A stretch of DNA of 34,049 nucleotides, taken from Octopus bimaculoides. Taxonomy: Eukaryota. Position 1 is the first letter of the stretch. The number at the start of each line of letters is the position of its first letter. The stretch is taken from positions 105,470,625-105,504,673 of the forward strand of contig NC_068984.1 of the NCBI RefSeq assembly GCF_001194135.2. Reading direction: 5' to 3'. The notes under the pieces were generated by a model. That model was not told the origin of the DNA, made no database searches, and saw only the letters and a program-made list of their open reading frames with translations. Position numbers and translations under genes: made by a program. This document shows positions 31,533 to 34,049 of this stretch, piece by piece.

Positions 31533-31779
31533 ACGGCGTTATAAAAATTATCAAGAATAANNNNNNNNNNNNNNNNNNNNNNNNNNNNNNNNNNNNNNNN
31601 NNNNNNNNNNNNNNNNNNNNNNNNNNNNNNNNNNNNNNNNNNNNNNNNNNNNNNNNNNNNNNNNNAAAAAGGTGAATAAAGTAAAGTCTTCCGAAGAGAG
31701 AATAAAAAAAAAACATCGTAGCGTTGAGGTTGGAATATTTAAAAAAACATGTAAATAATCCGAGAGAATAAGTAATGTT

Positions 31780-32140
31780 GTTAAGGAAAAATGTCGATGG
31801 TAATCCTCTTACAGCAAATATAAACCATTCTAATCAGACAAAAAAAAAAAATCAAAACCTAGGAAACGTGAAATTATATGGTTTGCTCCACCCTTCATTC
31901 TTCAGGTCAAATCTTTACCCAAATTGTTTTTTAAGATACCGAAGGAAAATTTTCCTAAAAATCATCATAAATATTATCTCATTTTTCTTAAATCATCTGT
32001 GAAATTGTCGTACCCAACTACTCCGAATTTAGGTTCGATCATAGCTTCCATCAATAGATCTAAACTCAGACTTAGGAAATCTACCCACACAAATCTTTCT
32101 AATGAACTCCATAACCCCCAAACTGACACTAGCTCTAACT
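31780..32140 (+). mobile_element. Decayed Penelope-like element fragment (linker between RT and GIY-YIG)
   Basis: In one frame from 31855: KPRKREIIWFAPPF...FPKNHHKYYLIF...VKLSYPTTPNLGSIIASIN, matching the RKR.IIWFNPPFS...KIFN...K.SYS..PN..SII...N pattern of Penelope-like elements. Confidence 0.7.
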
Positions 32141-32402
32141 AAAACATTACGCCATGTCAACCACTCACAGTTGGGAATGACATAACACCTAATAACCGGA
32201 AAATTAATACCGACCGGGTCCGTTAGACGGTTCTTGTTTACGTAATAATGTAGTATATAGGTACTCTGTAGAAATCCCTGCTACACAGAGGGTAAGAATT
32301 TACATAAGAAGCACTATAGACTTTAAACGTCAATACAGGGCCCGTTTTAACTCTTTTACAAACGCAAAATATAAATCTATAACGCTAGCTTCGTATATGC
32401 AA

Positions 32403-32505
32403 GTCATTTTCGACTCTCTACCTTAATATAACTATATATAATTATTAATTTAATATATAAATTGCACATAAATTTTTATTCCATGCTGACTCCCTGATAA
32501 TACTC
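32403..32505 (+). repeat. ~130-bp AT-rich repeat copy
   Basis: AGTCATTTTCGACTCTCTACCTTAATATAACTATATATA...TTTAATATATAAATTGCACATAAATTTTTATTCCATGCTGACT. Confidence 0.7.
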
Positions 32506-32930
32506 ATTGGCCTGGTTTTATTCTTACTTTATGAATAAATAAATAAATAAATAAAATATTATTATAATATTTTTACTTCTGATCAAAACTGCATTTCCTA
32601 CGGTGCTATTTTGATATAAATCCACGTGGTTGTCGTGAAAAGATTTAAACCTGGCTTTTCTCTGATCTATACAGGCAAGTGTTTGTATGTAGATGTACAA
32701 ACTCGATTTGTTATGTTTATGCATTAGCACTTGTTTGTATATATTTTTTACATGCATTGCGCTGACGACGGAAAAATGTCTATTTATGGCTTTAATCTAG
32801 AAATTAGCAAATTCGCAATTAATGTGGAATTTTAAAAATATTTTTCACTCGCCCGATTACAACCTCATGTATACGGAGTTTTTCCCGGTAGCTTGTAATG
32901 CTTCGACATTTATTTAGCATGGAGGAGAGA

Positions 32931-33066
32931 AGTTATTTTCGACTCTCTCCCTTAATATAATTATATATATATATATATATCATTATTAGTTTAATATATA
33001 AATTGCATATAAATTTATGTTCCATGCCGACTACCTGATAATAATCACTAACGTGATTTCATCCTT
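32931..33066 (+). repeat. ~130-bp AT-rich repeat copy
   Basis: AGTTATTTTCGACTCTCTCCCTTAATATAATTATATAT...TTTAATATATAAATTGCATATAAATTTATGTTCCATGCCGACT...ACGTGATTTCATCCTT. Confidence 0.7.
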
Positions 33067-33319
33067 ATGTTATGAATATATATACATGCATGTATGCATG
33101 CATATATGTATGTATCAATCTATCAATCTATCTATCTGTCTGCCTGTCTGTCTGTCTATACACCTACCTATGTATCTAATCTATAGACGTCACTCGAAAT
33201 CGAGAATAACTTGGTGACATATTTTAGGCGCCAATTTAGTCGCAAGAAAATATAGACACGCTCTCTGTCCTTTCATTGTTGATCCAGTGGAGCATTGACG
33301 ATGTGATAGTAGATGTGAG

Positions 33320-33485
33320 TGGGAGTTACACCAGCACTTGGCTGGTACTCATTTTGCCCAAGTAGATTAATGTAATGGGAAATGAGGTATCTTGCTCAAG
33401 AATACAACTCGCCGCCTGGTCCAGGAAACGAACCCACGAGCTTATGATCGTGAGTCCAACATTGTAACAATTGAGTCACGTCTCT
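33320..33485 (-). mobile_element. Degraded SINE 5' part (family of 30905-31200)
   Basis: CTGGTACTCATTTTGCC...ATCTTGCTCAAGAATACAAC...GAACCCACGAGCTTATGATCGTGAG parallels 31065-31185. Confidence 0.55.
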
Positions 33486-33892
33486 TCATATTGATATATA
33501 TTCATATGTATAAACAGATATAGCACTGCTAACACAACAGAACACTGTATTGACTTATAACGCGTTTCATATACTTTGTAGAATATTATGGTTGCATAAA
33601 AAAATACGGTGTCCCTACAATTCATTAATATGCACATACCAACTACCAGGAATGCGTTAAACATGTAAAATTGGTATATCCAATAATGTTACACCGCTAT
33701 ATATAGTGGCGATTTAAGCAATGAGTTCGCGGATGACCAATGGATTGGATGGGTGCCGATGAAAGAGCAAGAACTCCTGAAATATGGCGTATACAACCAC
33801 TACCCATTTTCACCATCGATCTCATTGTCTCATTGTTGTTTACTTGTATCTAACATCGCTATTTTGAATTCTGCTGTGTCAACTTTGTATAC

Positions 33893-34049
33893 TGATACAT
33901 ACATACATACATACAAACATACAGACATACATATAGACGGACAGACACATGTGTATATACGTGTGTGTATGTATATATATATATATATATACAAATGTAT
34001 ATACGTATATCTATACATATATATATATATGTATGTATATACGTATATA
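33893..34049. repeat. Compound (CATA)/(TA)/(TG) microsatellite
   Basis: Direct reading. Confidence 0.9.

Noticed and set aside
32761-32780. CTGACGA...GAAA as a second hammerhead
   Set aside because: Only two bases between the boxes, so no helix II is possible.

Overview
Eukaryotic, repeat-saturated genomic window with nine assembly gaps (N runs). The SINE families and microsatellite load look like an Octopus (coleoid cephalopod) genome; this is pattern recognition, not a database result. Most of the window is retroelement and DNA-transposon debris: several R4/Dong-like LINE pieces (REL endonuclease) stacked in (AAT)n tracts, two Tx1/L1-like LINEs, RTE-, Vingi- and Penelope-like remnants, several tRNA-headed SINE families, a decayed Tigger/pogo transposase, a mariner transposase cut by a gap, and a foldback element. 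The only host-gene evidence is a TATA/Inr-like promoter plus a 55-nt first coding exon (24699-24753) encoding a signal-peptide-like sequence. The most interesting signal is a possible microsatellite-targeting retroelement system. Two Tx1-like LINEs have related 3' termini but sit in different microsatellites, (ATT)n and (TATC)n. One SINE family carries two alternative tails, each resembling one of these LINE ends. Dong-like LINEs occupy the same (AAT)n repeat with opposite strand polarity. Also noted: a degenerate Penelope-type hammerhead motif, a 93-nt hairpin, and inverted repeats downstream of the exon that could form intronic dsRNA.
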